The notes beneath the pieces are model-generated. The model was given only the letters and a program-made list of their open reading frames with translations, searched no databases and had not been told where the DNA came from. This document shows, one piece after another, positions 51,011 to 63,304 of a DNA stretch of 64,000 bases; position 1 is the first letter of the stretch; each line of letters opens with the position of its first letter. Both the position numbers and the translations under genes were made by a program. The stretch is from Squalus acanthias. Taxonomy: Eukaryota. The stretch covers positions 13,888,001-13,952,000 of the forward strand of contig CM059446.1 in assembly GCA_030390025.1 (NCBI GenBank), read 5' to 3'.

Positions 51011-52164
51011 CAAGCATGGTGCCACATGGTATTCTCTGGGGAACCATTTTAGGCATCAAGGTTAATTCAGGTTTTCCATTTCAGAACATTTTACACACAG
51101 GATGGCGCTCTCATACTTGGAGGACATGATGGTAAGGCAGCAAAGCTCAGGACACAGGTTTACGTCTGCGATTCCCTGCATGCTAAGCTTTGAATTACAA
51201 ATATGTTATGAAGGAGGATATGTCAAGCAGAGGTCAGGTGCTTCTCCAAACATTAGGAGGGAAAATCAAAGCAAGGGTCACACTGTACCCATCTGGCATA
51301 GCTCAGAGATGATAGCAGAGGCCTGGGAGCAGATAGAATACGCTGGATGCATGGGGAGACTTGTAAAGAGGGGGGTGCGAAGTGGCCTACTCTATACGCG
51401 CAGTTAATCACCAAATATATATTATTTTATATCATAAAAGAGGTGCATCAAGCCCTCATTTCCTGTGTTAAAAATGTTAAAAATAATTAACAAATGTTCT
51501 ATTTGGCAAAGGATCTAGAAGGCCTGTAATGTCTTGGTGACCTTACCAATCAAAACTTAAAAAAAGAGAAAGTCAGGGTTATGACCTGCAGCTTGAACAG
51601 CAATTAAACTGCGACCTCATCTAGTGTTTACTGAACAGAAATTAGACTTTGTGGCGATAAAGGGCACAGTTTCACATTAACAGCAGAATATAATCTGCAT
51701 TATATGGGATAACATGATCCTTAAAACACAGCATACCACTTATTTGCCATGAGCAACACATGGGAGATCTGCTTGTAATATAATAATGTTGTGTGCACGT
51801 GCATTTCCTGTCTGCTACATCACACTTCCTGTGTCACACTTCTGTGTTCTCAATCCAAGCCAAACTTCTTGCAACTGACTGGCTCATTAACAATTTTTTT
51901 TAACAACAGAAAATGAGAAAGGCAATCATACTGAATGTGCAGGGAAACTCCCCACCAACATCAAATATTTTATAGAGTCAGAATATCTGTTGCCTGTGAC
52001 ATGAAAAATAACCTTTCTCTGCACATCTGCAGGTCCTCAGTGCCCCTCACTGTCATTGCCCCTATGCACGTATACCACTCGATTCCAGACTTTCCCCTGG
52101 CTTGCAGCTGCCACAGATCCTCTGTCTCACAGTTTCTTGACACTCTACCCTGTTTCTTCAGACT

Positions 52165-52539
52165 ATGATGTGGAGATGCCGGTGTTGGACTGGGGTGGAC
52201 AAATGTGAGAAGTCGCAAAACACCAGGTTATAGTCCAACAGTTTTATTTGAAATCACAAGCTTTCGGAGCGTTGCTCCTTCATCAGGTGAAGTCACAGGC
52301 CACCTGTGAGCTGGTGCAACAGACACAAGTGAAGAGAGCAACTGGAGTGATTGGGCTATGGGCGAAGACTGGGAGAGATTATGGGGTTGGCATGTGGGAT
52401 GGAGTGGAGCACAAGAATAGCAGCAACATAGTCTGAAGAAATGTGAGAAGTCGCACACGAAGGAGCAGCGCTCCGAAAGCTTGTGATTTCAAATAAAACT
52501 GTTGGACTATAACCTGGTGTTGTGCGACTTCTCACATTT
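52165..52539. mobile_element. Penelope terminal-repeat insertion: inverted pair (52165-52293 minus, 52458-52539 plus) with templated filler
   Basis: Both match the Penelope terminus at 22110-22200; flanked by the 15-bp direct repeat tttcttcagactatg (52153-52167, 52537-52551). Confidence 0.9.
52254..52290 (-). ncRNA. Minimal type I hammerhead ribozyme
   Basis: Minus strand tcac-CTGATGA-a-ggagc(aac)gctcc-GAAA-gc-TT-gtga; stem I tcac/gtga. Confidence 0.82.
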
Positions 52540-53449
52540 CTTCAGACTATGTTGCTGCTATTCTTGTGCTCCACTCTATTCCATGGTCCTTCAGGCTATG
52601 CTTTCCAAGGCCTTTCCCCTGGTGCTGCCAGGCCACCCCACCTCAATGGCATCAGACCCTAGAGTTCGTCCTGGCTGCTGTCATATCCCAAACCCTTTTC
52701 CCACCCCAAGGTCTGTCAAGCCCCATTCCACAGCCTGAATTTGATTAGCCTCGTTTCCCACCCCACTGCTCTGAGAGCACATACCCCTCCCCCAAGGCCA
52801 CTTGCGCTCTGCATGTAGGCCCCAAGTCTGGTATGTCCCAAAATCCTGGTGTGAACTGCAGGATGCCCATTCCCACCTAGTTCTCCTTCACCTCTGCCCA
52901 CTCCATCCCACATGCCAACCCCATAATCTCTCCCAGTCTTCGCCCATAGCCCGATCACTCCAGTTGCTCTCTTCACTTGTGTCTGTTGCACCAGCTCATA
53001 GGTGGCCTGTCCCTACTTGATCCAAATACAAATGTCCTGCTCCTCCCAGCTCCACAATAAGGCAAGTAAGAAGAATTAGAACTTATCTACCAGCGATCCA
53101 TTTAAGTGCATGAGAATACTGATCGAAGCATGCACGACGCATGCTGCCGTCAGCTGCAAACAAATTTTCCAAAGGCCTACTTGCACATGCAAAGGGCTGA
53201 ACCACAGTTTCAGGCACAGGCCCTGGACGTTTATGCAGGAATCTTTACCAATATGGCAGGCGGAACACTTACTGCGTGGAATGAGTGCTTGCAAGCGGCA
53301 CGCCATACTGGATGCTTAGGTTCCTGTTGTACTCCTGGAAAATGGGCACGGCACATCGAACAACAAGGCCAATGCTTTCAAACCAACATGTGGCGTGCTT
53401 GGGTGGTGTATGGCTGCATTAAGGCACTGCCGTTATTTTCTTTGCTTTC

Positions 53450-53950
53450 AAGCCGTTGTCCTAACTCGCACCAAGTCCTGTTCACCCATCATCCCTGTGC
53501 TGACTAACCTACATTGGCTCCTGGTTCAGCAGCGCCTCGATTTCAAAATTCTCATCCTTGTTTTCAAATCCCTCCATGGCTTCGTCCCTCCCTATCTCTG
53601 TAATCTCCTTCAGACCCACAACCCCACCCTGAGATATCTGCGCTCCTCTAATTCTGCCCTCTTGAGCGTCCCTGATTATAATCGCTCAACCATTGGTGGC
53701 CGTGCCTTCTGTTGCCTGGGCCCTAAGCTCTGGAATTCCTTCCCTAAACCTCTCCGCCTCGCTACCTCTCTTTCCTCCTTTAAGACGCTCCTTAAAACCT
53801 ACCTCTTTGACCAAGCTTTTGGTCATCTGCCCTAATTTCTTTCTATGTGGCTCAGTGTCAAATTTTTTGTCTTAAAATACTCCTGTGCAGCGCCTTGGGA
53901 CATTTTACTACGTTAAAGGTGCTATATAAATACAAGTTGTTGTCGTTGTT
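53450..53950 (+). mobile_element. L2 LINE 3' end
   Basis: ORF 53395-53835 PVLTNLHWLLVQQRLDFKILILVFKSLHGFVPPYL..LRSS..GGRAF..GPKLWNSFP..FKTLLKTYLF; (gtt)n tail. Confidence 0.95.
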
Positions 53951-54074
53951 GGTGTGCAAGTGGTGTGCTCTTAGTTTTATTTTATTTTCAAATTAACCTT
54001 TGGCTTCATGTAGCCAAAATTAGCAAAACAAACCTCAGTAACAAAAAATGTAACATGACTTTTGTTTTTGTTTA

Positions 54075-54518
54075 GTGTCAGCTGCGGCTCAGTGGGTAGC
54101 ACACTCCTCTGAGTCAGAAGGTCATGGGTTCAAGTCCCACTCCAGGGACTTGAGCACATAAATCTAGGCTGACACTCCAGTGCAGTGCTGAGGGAGCGCT
54201 GCACTGTCGGAGGTGCCGTCTTTCGGATGAGACGCTAAACCGAGGCCCCGTCTGCTCTCTCAGGTGGACGTAAAAGATCCCACGGCACTATTTCGGTGTC
54301 CTGGGCCAATATTTATCCCTCAACCAACATAACAAAAAACAGATTATCTGGTCATTAGCACATTGCTGTTTGTGGGAGCTTGCTGTGCGCAAATTGGCTG
54401 CCGCGTTTCCCTACATTACAACAGTGACTCCACTCCAAAAGTACTTCATTGACTGTAAAGCGCTTTGAGACGTCCGGTGGTCGTGAAAGGCGCTATATAA
54501 ATGCAAGTCTTTCTTTCT
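54075..54518 (+). mobile_element. Full-length Deu-domain (SacSINE1-like) SINE
   Basis: A and B boxes, Deu core gccgtctttcggatgagacg.taaaccgaggcccc, L2-like tail; many CpGs retained. Confidence 0.92.
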
Positions 54519-54699
54519 AATTCAGAAATGTGGTAGAAAGAATAGATCTTGGGGGCCTGGTGATTTAGGGAAAACAAACTGCTTGTGACCAACATAACTC
54601 ATTCACAGCTACTCAACCTAGCCATTCATTGGTTTATTTTCCATAAACTCCAGATCCCTGATCGACAATGAGTAAATACATCACACAGTATGTCACGGA

Positions 54700-55030
54700 G
54701 ATAAACATAAGAGGAACTCGCCAGATTTGCTCCCTGCTCTTCACTGAGTTATCTAATCTCAGTCCAGTCAGCGATGGAAGCTTTACAGCTGGCTTTAGAG
54801 TCTGGAGTATGGAAGAGAAAAACAAGTCACACAGAGTTCCACTTCTGATCACTATCCAGTGAATCCTGCTAGACCATGCAATAGTCTGGACAGGATCAAA
54901 CTTAACTGTGATGGCTCCTCAGTTCATTAGCCTGCTGATGTCCAGGATCACACATGGGTGATTACCATGGTGCCCGTGGAATGTTACCCCAGCGGGAGGT
55001 ACCATCTTTATTTGTGAAGGGGAAAAGAGA
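54700..55030 (+). mobile_element. Old SINE family B
   Basis: ctgagttatctaatctcag..ctgatcactatccagtga..ggacaggatc..tagcctgctga..gtgcccgtggaa. Confidence 0.6.
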
Positions 55031-56077
55031 GCAAATTAGAAACACTCGTCTTAGGGTTCGAGACTAGGCGGTCAAAGCTCCACACTCTGAGCCTAACTCT
55101 AACATCATGAACTCATTACTCAATTCTGTTTTTAATACAAATGATATTTGCAACATTCCCTTTCCAGTTACAAATATGTAGCAATTTTTAAGCCAAAATA
55201 AAGTTTGAACGTTTCTGTCATATCTCCACAGGCACGCTGTCCATCTCTTTTCCCAGGGCTATATTTTCCAAAAGACTTTTTGTGACCTGCCTAACTTTGT
55301 TTTGGCCGCCTTAAACAATTATTGCTCAAACCACCATGAGGAACCAATATGGGGTTGAAAACATCTAAATCCACAAATAAGTGGCTTACATATGGTGAAA
55401 CCACCTACACTATGAATTGAAATATGTCACACCTTATCAGGCAAAGGACAGAATTGTACTCCATTTGTGATGGCTCTAAAAACAGCTCAGCAATAGTTCA
55501 ACACCATCAAATAATGATCCATTCTGAGCTCTTTCATTACACTGGGTCCAACACACAGCCATTATGGGGTTTATTGACAGACATATTTCACTCTGTCATC
55601 CAAAAATCAGGATTGCACACACTCTTGCCTGGGGGCAATAAAAAGATCATGTTGGTGCAATCTCTCATATTTTGTAAAAATCTAAAAAGATAATCACCCA
55701 CAATCATTATTAGCGTCACACTAGTGCCAAGACTAATGGCAGTTATAAAATTCAGCTTTTATAGTTCATTGGAAAATGCATACATTATACTAATTTATCA
55801 ACTGGAAATCTGCATCTGCTACATAAAATTCACCATCCTGATCTCACAGCATTGGGAGTGGATAAATTCAACATCACAGAAGAATATCCCAGTTCTAAGG
55901 AGCCAATTCAAACATTTTCTTTGTTAAACTGCATCCTGACGACAAATAGCATTCATGTTCTAAATATAAAAGGAATGGATTTTCTTCATTCAGACATCAC
56001 AATTCAAAACAAGCAGCAAAAGAAAAAAAAAAAATCACACATTTGCCAGGATAGCCTAACAGCCAGAACAATGATGT

Positions 56078-56410
56078 TGGCGGTGCCTTCTTTCGGATGA
56101 GACATTAAGCTGAGGCACTGTCTACCCTCTCAGGTGGACGTAAAAGATCCCACGGCACTATTTGAAGAAGTGCCGGTGAGCTCTCCCGGTGTCCTGGCCA
56201 ATATTTATCCCTCAACCAACACCTTAAAACAGATGATCTGGTCATTTATTTAATTGCTGTTTGTGGGAGCTTGCTGTGCATAAATTGGCGCAAATTGTGC
56301 GTTTCCTACGTTACAACAGTGACTACGTTTCAAAAATACTTACTTGGCTGTAAAGCGCTTTGGGACGTCCTCAGATTGTGAAAGGCAGGATATAAATACA
56401 AGTTCTTTCT
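56078..56410 (+). mobile_element. 5'-truncated Deu SINE
   Basis: Deu core and tail as at 54075. Confidence 0.88.
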
Positions 56411-56499
56411 TTTTTTTTCTAGACATGATATACCCTGGGAGCTTGCTCCTGTTACTTGATGCTCATGGTACCATTACTGAAATCAAGAGGTCCTTGTGT

Positions 56500-56815
56500 T
56501 CGGAATGATGGGCACTGAACGGTGTCTGAGCACCACTGTGGTGCTGTATGTTCCTCGAGTCTTAGAATATGACCACAGAACGTACAAGCCAAGAAACAAG
56601 CCACTTGATCCACCTGTGCTGGTGTTTCTCTTCACATGAACCCCGTAGTTCAAAACCACTCTCCCGCTCACTTTCCAGGCACCTTTCTTTCAAGCAACTA
56701 TCTAATTCCCTTTCAGAAGAATTCATGGACTCTGCTTCCACACCACTTGTGGCAGAGATTTCCACTTCTCCCCTGTGGAACGTCACATTTTCCAGACCAA
56801 AAAACTTCCTTTTAC
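56500..56815 (-). mobile_element. CR1 3' end
   Basis: Minus translation FHRGEVE..VEAESMNSSERELDSCLK; 3'UTR similar to the 20245 family. Confidence 0.75.
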
Positions 56816-58967
56816 AAAATCAAACATGACCTGCTGGCTGGCCCTGATTAGCTCACATTTCTCCAATTGCTTAGTCCAGTTGTTCACTAGCGACTGAAGA
56901 CGAACTGGCCTATGGTTTCTTGGCTTTTCTATGGTTTCCTGAATGGGCGCTTGCTTGGGATTGTGGCCTTCAGCAAGAAGTGAGCAAGACCAGGCTAGAA
57001 AAATGCTTTGTAAGCTAGCTGCAAACAGGGTGAGACATTTGGTTTCGGCTGGAGATATTTACTATTATTGATATACAGAACTGGGATTCTCCTCAGGTAA
57101 AAAGTCCATCTTAAAATTTCAATTTGTCTGCACCATACTTCATTAGACTGGGATCACTAATTTTACTATGAAGTATAAGTGTATTTCTTGCCTACAATAG
57201 GTTTCAATGCATGATGATATATTTCCCTATACAATCTATACATTATTCGATGTGCACTGCACATTTTGTTTGTCGATTTCCACCACTTACTCTGAAGTGT
57301 TGGCTTTAAAATTTAGTGGTAAAGATTGCAGTGTTTCTTCTACCACCTTGCTCCAAATCAGTCAGTCAGAGACAGTACCAATATGAGACATTCCCTGCAC
57401 TTCCACAGCTTTTCTGCCTTGCCCGCACCAGTTTTGTTGCAAGCCCACTAAAAGTAACAGACTGGAACAAAAGCACAATTTTGTCATGTTTCAAGAGAAG
57501 ATGCAACAAAGTGGCAGAGAATCGATCAACTTTTCAAAACTGGATCCTTATTAATTTACTTACATTTCATACAAGCCGTCAGTAAAAGTATGCAGATCCA
57601 GCCAGGATTGGGGGGGGGCGGGGGGGCAGAAGACTACAAGGAAAAGCACAAACCCAAAGGGCGTAGGACATAGGCTAAATTTAGTGCATTTTACATTAAA
57701 CAACTCTTCGAAGAATACACCACTGATGCGGGTGAATGGCGAAGCTTATTTTACTTGTGGGAAAGACTTCATAACTTTGCCACAGATGAGTTATGGGTCT
57801 TTCAAACTTGTAAAAGAACTCCCGTAATGCTCGGCTACCAGTGTGACATCCTGTATTTAGTAATCAGTATGAATAGTTCTCATTCACCAAACCTTTTATC
57901 TGTATTTACTTTTGAGGCAGTTTGGCATATTATCTTGATAATTGACACTGTACATTTGGGAATAGTAATTTTACTCTATCCATCATCTTTACAATTATAA
58001 ATTTTGTCAAAAATGTACCCACTCTGCTGTATTTCATGCACAAGCCACTTCCAAAGAGTTTGCCTAAGCCAAAAAAATATCCTAGGGCTTGACAGAAATC
58101 TAAACAAACCACAGAAATGCTGTCCAAAATGTAACAGTAACAAATAAATCATGTCTGATTGTGGGGCCCAGTGTTGGAAATGCAAACAGCAGATGAGCTC
58201 TGATACACTGAGGCTCTGAGATCTTTTTCACAGACAGATCTGCAAATAGTGCCCCAAAATAAATACATTTCATAATTGCGAGGATGAAAGGAGTGTTAGC
58301 CTGCACAAGGCAGATCTAAAGGTTCAGATTTCAGCTCGGAGCGAACTGCCGTTATCGCACCTAAGGGAGATTTAAGTAACTTATTTTTAAAGTTTTCATC
58401 TGAAAATAGTGAAACCGTAAGAACTTGGAACTTTGCCCACACCATAAAGTACAAAGTGATTAAAAATGAATAGAGTAATAAGGCCCAAATGATATTTTGA
58501 TTGATGATAAGAGGGACTTTAATGGATTCTCTTCTAAAGGAAAAGCCTGAGACAGTGCCACTGAGCAAGAATTAATTTGTGAAAGGAAAAAAATTGGAAA
58601 TAAAATATTACATTGACTGGTTTTACACAAATTGCTGTACTGCAGAAAATTCAAAATATACGACATGTTTGAGCTGAAAAAATATTTATAATTAGAATAA
58701 GTGAAGCTCCTGTGGCATTGCTCAGGGTGAGTTGGAGGACACGGTTTAGAAAAACAGGAGGGTTATACGATGATACAGTGTGTTATTATATAAGTTGCTT
58801 ATAGACAACTTCCTGTAGCTAACTCTGTGCTTGTTTTCCACACTCGGATTGCCTGTGTTCCTCTTTCAGTCTTTCTATTTCTCTTCCACTCATTTTCTTG
58901 ATGGTTCTCATGTACATTTTCATTGTGATATCTCTATCTCTCTATGTTTTCCAATTCTTATTCTAAA

Positions 58968-59677
58968 GGGGGAATTTTCCCAGCCCTGAGGCGGCAAGTT
59001 TGGCAGCGGGACTGCCGGGAAAATGGCAGAAACTGGGAGCGGGTACCGACCCCGCTCCCAATGCGCCTCCGTGCCATCTTCCCAGGAGGCGGGTCCCCGA
59101 GTCGCGCAGGGACCTGTCTCCTCGAGGCGGGAATGGGATGAGAGCCAATTAACTGCCTGTTAACAGTCAAAAAATAAGATGTAGAGGTGAGTGATGGGTG
59201 CAAATGTGGAGAGGTAAGTATGAGAGGTGAGTGTAAAGTGTTAGAAAAAGTTTCCTTACCTTTGCTTCTTTTTGCAGGCTTCAGCTGTTGAGGATCCGGA
59301 AGTGCCTCATCTCAAAGGCAGAGATGACAGAATGGCTGCTGCATTTTCAGATGCTGCAGCCATCTGCTTTCTATTGAGGAGAGGTGTCTTGGTGAGCTTG
59401 TGTGCAAGGGCTCACCTTAGAATAGAGATTGTCAGTGTTTGACAGCTTCTCAAAGCTGTCAAAAACTGACAATTCATCTGTCAAAAAATTTGCGACAGAT
59501 GAAGCGTCATACGCTGACGTCATCTGTCACCGGCTTCCCCTTAATTGGCCGGGCGGGCTTAACAAGGCCAATCAAGGGAAAACAGCGTGGGTTCGTCAGA
59601 CATCGCTGGGGGCGGGACTGAAACCCGGAAGGCAGCAGTCCCGTCCCCAACTCGTCTCAGCTGGCAATATCCAGCCC
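58968..59677. mobile_element. Harbinger-like MITE, family copy 3 (inverted, internally deleted)
   Basis: gggggaattttcc ... aatatccagccc followed by taa; reverse-complement homolog of 40922-41728. Confidence 0.8.
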
Positions 59678-59859
59678 TAAGTTTCTCTCCCATTGTTGCT
59701 ATTAGTCTCTCCTCTTCCCTGCCTTTTATTTGCTTTCATTAATCTTTTTTGGCTTTTATGCGTGTTTTTACTGATGCTTAATGTTCAGCTCTTACCTTTA
59801 TTAACATTGCATGCAACAAGGTGGGAGGCAATGTGGCCCATTTTGGAGGAGAGCGTCAG

Positions 59860-60420
59860 GATCAGACATGCAAGGTGCATTACAAGGTGGGGCTACATGG
59901 GAATTACGGGCAGATTGGAAGAAACTGGGGAATTGGCAGAATAGGACTGAGGACTTGCACCCCCTTGCTGTCTCACTGTCTCTCTCCTACATCTGGAGGT
60001 GTGGGAAGCAGCGAGAGGAAGAGGTCTAAAAGCACTTCGCTTTGGGAGAATGAGAAGGCTCAGTGCCGGGAGCATTTGATGAGGCGAAGCGGGGGGGGCG
60101 GGGGAGAGAGCAGAATTCTGGAGGCTGAATCATGGGTGTACATCCTGGGTGGATTGGGAGGCTGGATTGGGAGGCTGGATTGGGAGGCTGGATCGGGAGC
60201 GAGAGCACTTAAGCGAAGGGGCTGGGGACTGGGAGCACTCAGGAAGTTTCGAGTTCGGGTGAACTGGAGGGTTGCTGAAGTTGAGGAGTATTAAGATAAT
60301 GTCTGGGATTGTAGCTGGAGAGCAGTCACTGAAATGGGCCACAAAGGGATCTGGTGTAGGAAATGAAAATGTCACAGTGGTACAGTGGCAGGTGCTCTCC
60401 TGAGGTCTAGCTTAAGAGAC
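59860..60420 (-). mobile_element. Decayed LINE (L2-like) remnant with a small 13-bp tandem repeat (ggattgggaggct, about 4 copies, 60151-60200)
   Basis: Purine-rich + strand; the repeat is directly visible. Confidence 0.4.
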
Positions 60421-62179
60421 ATGAAGCCTGATTCTTTACTGTTATTAGTATTATCATTAACATATAACTCACAGTGAATTTTGCCATTGGGTTGCACCAA
60501 AATAGAACTCCACATGTTCCACACGTTTCTTAAGCATTTTGCAGTGCATTCAGTCTGGAATAATAAGTACACAATGAGACTTCCACCAATCTTCTCTTCA
60601 ATCTTCCTGTTCAATTAGAGAAGAACGGGCACCCTCAATGTGTTAAGTCCATGATTTTTGCACCATACAGAAAAGTTCTATCATCCTCTCCAGTGATTCA
60701 GAATAAAATGCTTACATAGCTAGATAAACACACATTTTTTATGATATCAAATAGAACACCCACAACTCCTCCATAGCTGGAGCTGCCTCCAGGAACTTCA
60801 GTTCCTCGATTAATCCAAGTACTTCTTTCTTCTCTTAACACTTTCAAGCCTAAGTTTATCCAAAACATGCGTACTGCTAACATATTGGGAAGACTTCGGG
60901 GCAGTACACAAAAAAATCATGTCGTCTGATAAGGGATCCTTCTCTCACTGCCAGCCTTCACTCTTTCTCCACTGCAAAATTATTGTGTCGCTTCCTATTT
61001 TAATTATAGTATCGTCGTTGCTTCTCTGAACTTTCCTCTCGTTCTTTCCAATGCACCGTCCTACACACCCCTCCTCCCCAAGATTCATCAAACTGCATTC
61101 CATCTAACTCATTCTTTATCAAGAGCTGAAGACTGTGAATGTCCTTATTTCCCTAATTTATTTTCCTTGTGTTTTGGTCTTTTTATTCTCTACTTTCTCG
61201 GTCTTAAAATCTACTCTTTTCAGTCTTGTTGATTTTTCGTACAGTGAGCCTTCGTCTTTTATCTGGGTTTGCCAATTTAATAAAACCACAATATTGCTCA
61301 GCTTGTTAAGAAAGTGAGTAGCGTTGCTACTTTCCAGGAAGGTTCCAATTTTGACACCATTGGGATCCACTGATCCTAAGAGTGGCATGCTGGGCAGAAT
61401 TCCTGGGGTAGCTGAGAATGCCCCAAGGTCTCTGTAGGATGTAAGGGAGTGAGCTTAAGAAGTGCCTGACCCCCATTGTCATTTCATCTCCAGTGCCCTC
61501 TTTACACCCCTAATGCCTTTTATAGCCTGTTTTTCTATTTTCCTATACTCCTCCCAGTTTTCATTTGTTTTCTTGTTTCTATTTTAATTGTTCTATTCAT
61601 CCATTTTGGAGACTGCTTGTTGAGCTTCCATTTAATTTTCTTGAATGTATGCTTGTCTTACATACTTAAAAGTTTTCTATTTGTCCTTGAAAAAGCTTTC
61701 TCTCCTCAATACACTTCATTTAATTTATTTTAGTTTGTCCCTTATTCCATTAAGGGCTACCTTCACAAACCATATATTTTTATCCTGGCCCTCAATAGCA
61801 CTAATTGCCAGATCACCTTAAAAGAATCACACTGTGATGACCTGGCCCCAGAGGTTTGACTATTTCTGTATTATGAAACTGTCCTGATTATCTGTAATAA
61901 TCAAGCCTAGATGCAAGTTCTCACTAATGGGGTCTATAAAGTATTGTGTCAGGAAACAGCTTTACATTGCATTTACTGGTTCTGATTCTCTTACCATACT
62001 TTCATTGAGGCATTCACAGTTTATATGGAGCTAGGTGATGTTAATCATTACTACTATATACCCATCTTATCTCATTGTATAAAATGCTATAAAGTTATTT
62101 TACATTTCTGAAGGTGATGCTGCAGTCTTGGTAACACAGGATAGGTGTGCAGCTAAAATGCTTCAATAGAAGTTACTGT

Positions 62180-62735
62180 TGAAATGGTCTTAGCTAAGAT
62201 TAGGATGGTTAAAGCTTACGGGGCAGCTAGTCCCGACTCCATGTTTCCCAGAGTACTAAAAGAAATTGGGGAAGTCATATGGCTCATGTTCAACAGTTAA
62301 TTGAGATCTGGGCTGGTTCCCATGGATTGGAGGGAGGCTCAATGTGTCTCATTATTTAAGAAACAAAAGAATCTGGACCGAAGAAAATATAGGCTGGTGA
62401 ATTTGACATGAGTTGCAGATCAGAAATATATGGGGTGTGATTTTTAATCACTTGGAGAGTTTGGCAGTTGTTAAAGATTCCTAGCATGGCTTCAGGAAAC
62501 ATAAGTCCTACCTCACTAACCTGTTCTGAGTTCTTTGAGGAAATGGCCACCACAGTTGATGATGATACTCCTAATATTCTATATCTTCACAAAGGTGTAC
62601 CTTTCCTCCAGAAAGCATTGAATAAAATACTATTAGATAAAATTGGGCTCATATGGGTTTATTGGACAGATATTAGGCTTTACGGGTAAATGGCTGAGCA
62701 GAGGGTTGTTATTAATGGGAGTGAATCTGAATAGG
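62180..62735 (+). mobile_element. Decayed CR1 RT N-terminal fragment
   Basis: FPRVLKE, VPMDWREA, PLFKK..YRLVNLT, FFEEMATTVD..QKALNKI, WLSRGLL (cf. QRVVING). Confidence 0.75.
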
Positions 62736-62741
62736 GCCTCT

Positions 62742-62910
62742 TTTTTATTCCTTTAAGGGATGTGGGCATCACTGGCATTTATTGCCCATCCCTAGTGACC
62801 TTGAGAGGATGGTAGTGTGCCTTCTTCTTGAATCGCTGTTAGCTGTTCGATACAATGGCTTGCTAGGCCTCGTCATTGGTGAGGTACTGGTGTCACATGT
62901 AGGCCAGACT
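62742..62910 (-). mobile_element. 3' part of SINE family C
   Basis: Tail matches the LINE tail at 5110-5205; the inner end matches the SINE at 23070-23090. Confidence 0.65.
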
Positions 62911-63235
62911 GCCGTCTTTCAGATGAGACATTAAACCGAGGCCCCATCTGCTCTCTCAGGTGGACATAAAAGATCCCATGGCATTATTTCGAAGAAGAGC
63001 AGGGGAGTTAACCCCAGTGTCCTGGCCAATATTTATCCCTCAATCAACATCACAAAAACAAATTATCTGGTCATTATCACATTGCTGTTTGTGGGACCTT
63101 CCTGTGCACAATTGACTGCCGCATTTCCCACATTACAACAGTGACTACACTTCAAAAGTACTTCATTGGCTGTAAAGCACTTTGGAACGTCCGGTGGTTG
63201 TGAAAGGTGCTATATAAATGCAGGTCTTTCTTTTC
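62911..63235 (+). mobile_element. 5'-truncated Deu SINE
   Basis: Starts at gccgtctttcagatgagac and runs to the tail. Confidence 0.9.
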
Positions 63236-63304
63236 GTTTCAGTGTCCGCCCTTAAAGAATATTAGTTTTTAAGGCAATCCAACAGTTTTCATGGGCACTT
63301 TTAC

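Noticed and set aside
50758-51059. Tyr/Ile-rich ORFs
   Set aside because: Translation of a TA-rich low-complexity repeat.
52577-52897. Intron spliced out of the inverted filler copy
   Set aside because: No GT-AG placement reproduces the observed junction; the 6-bp CCACTC microhomology does.
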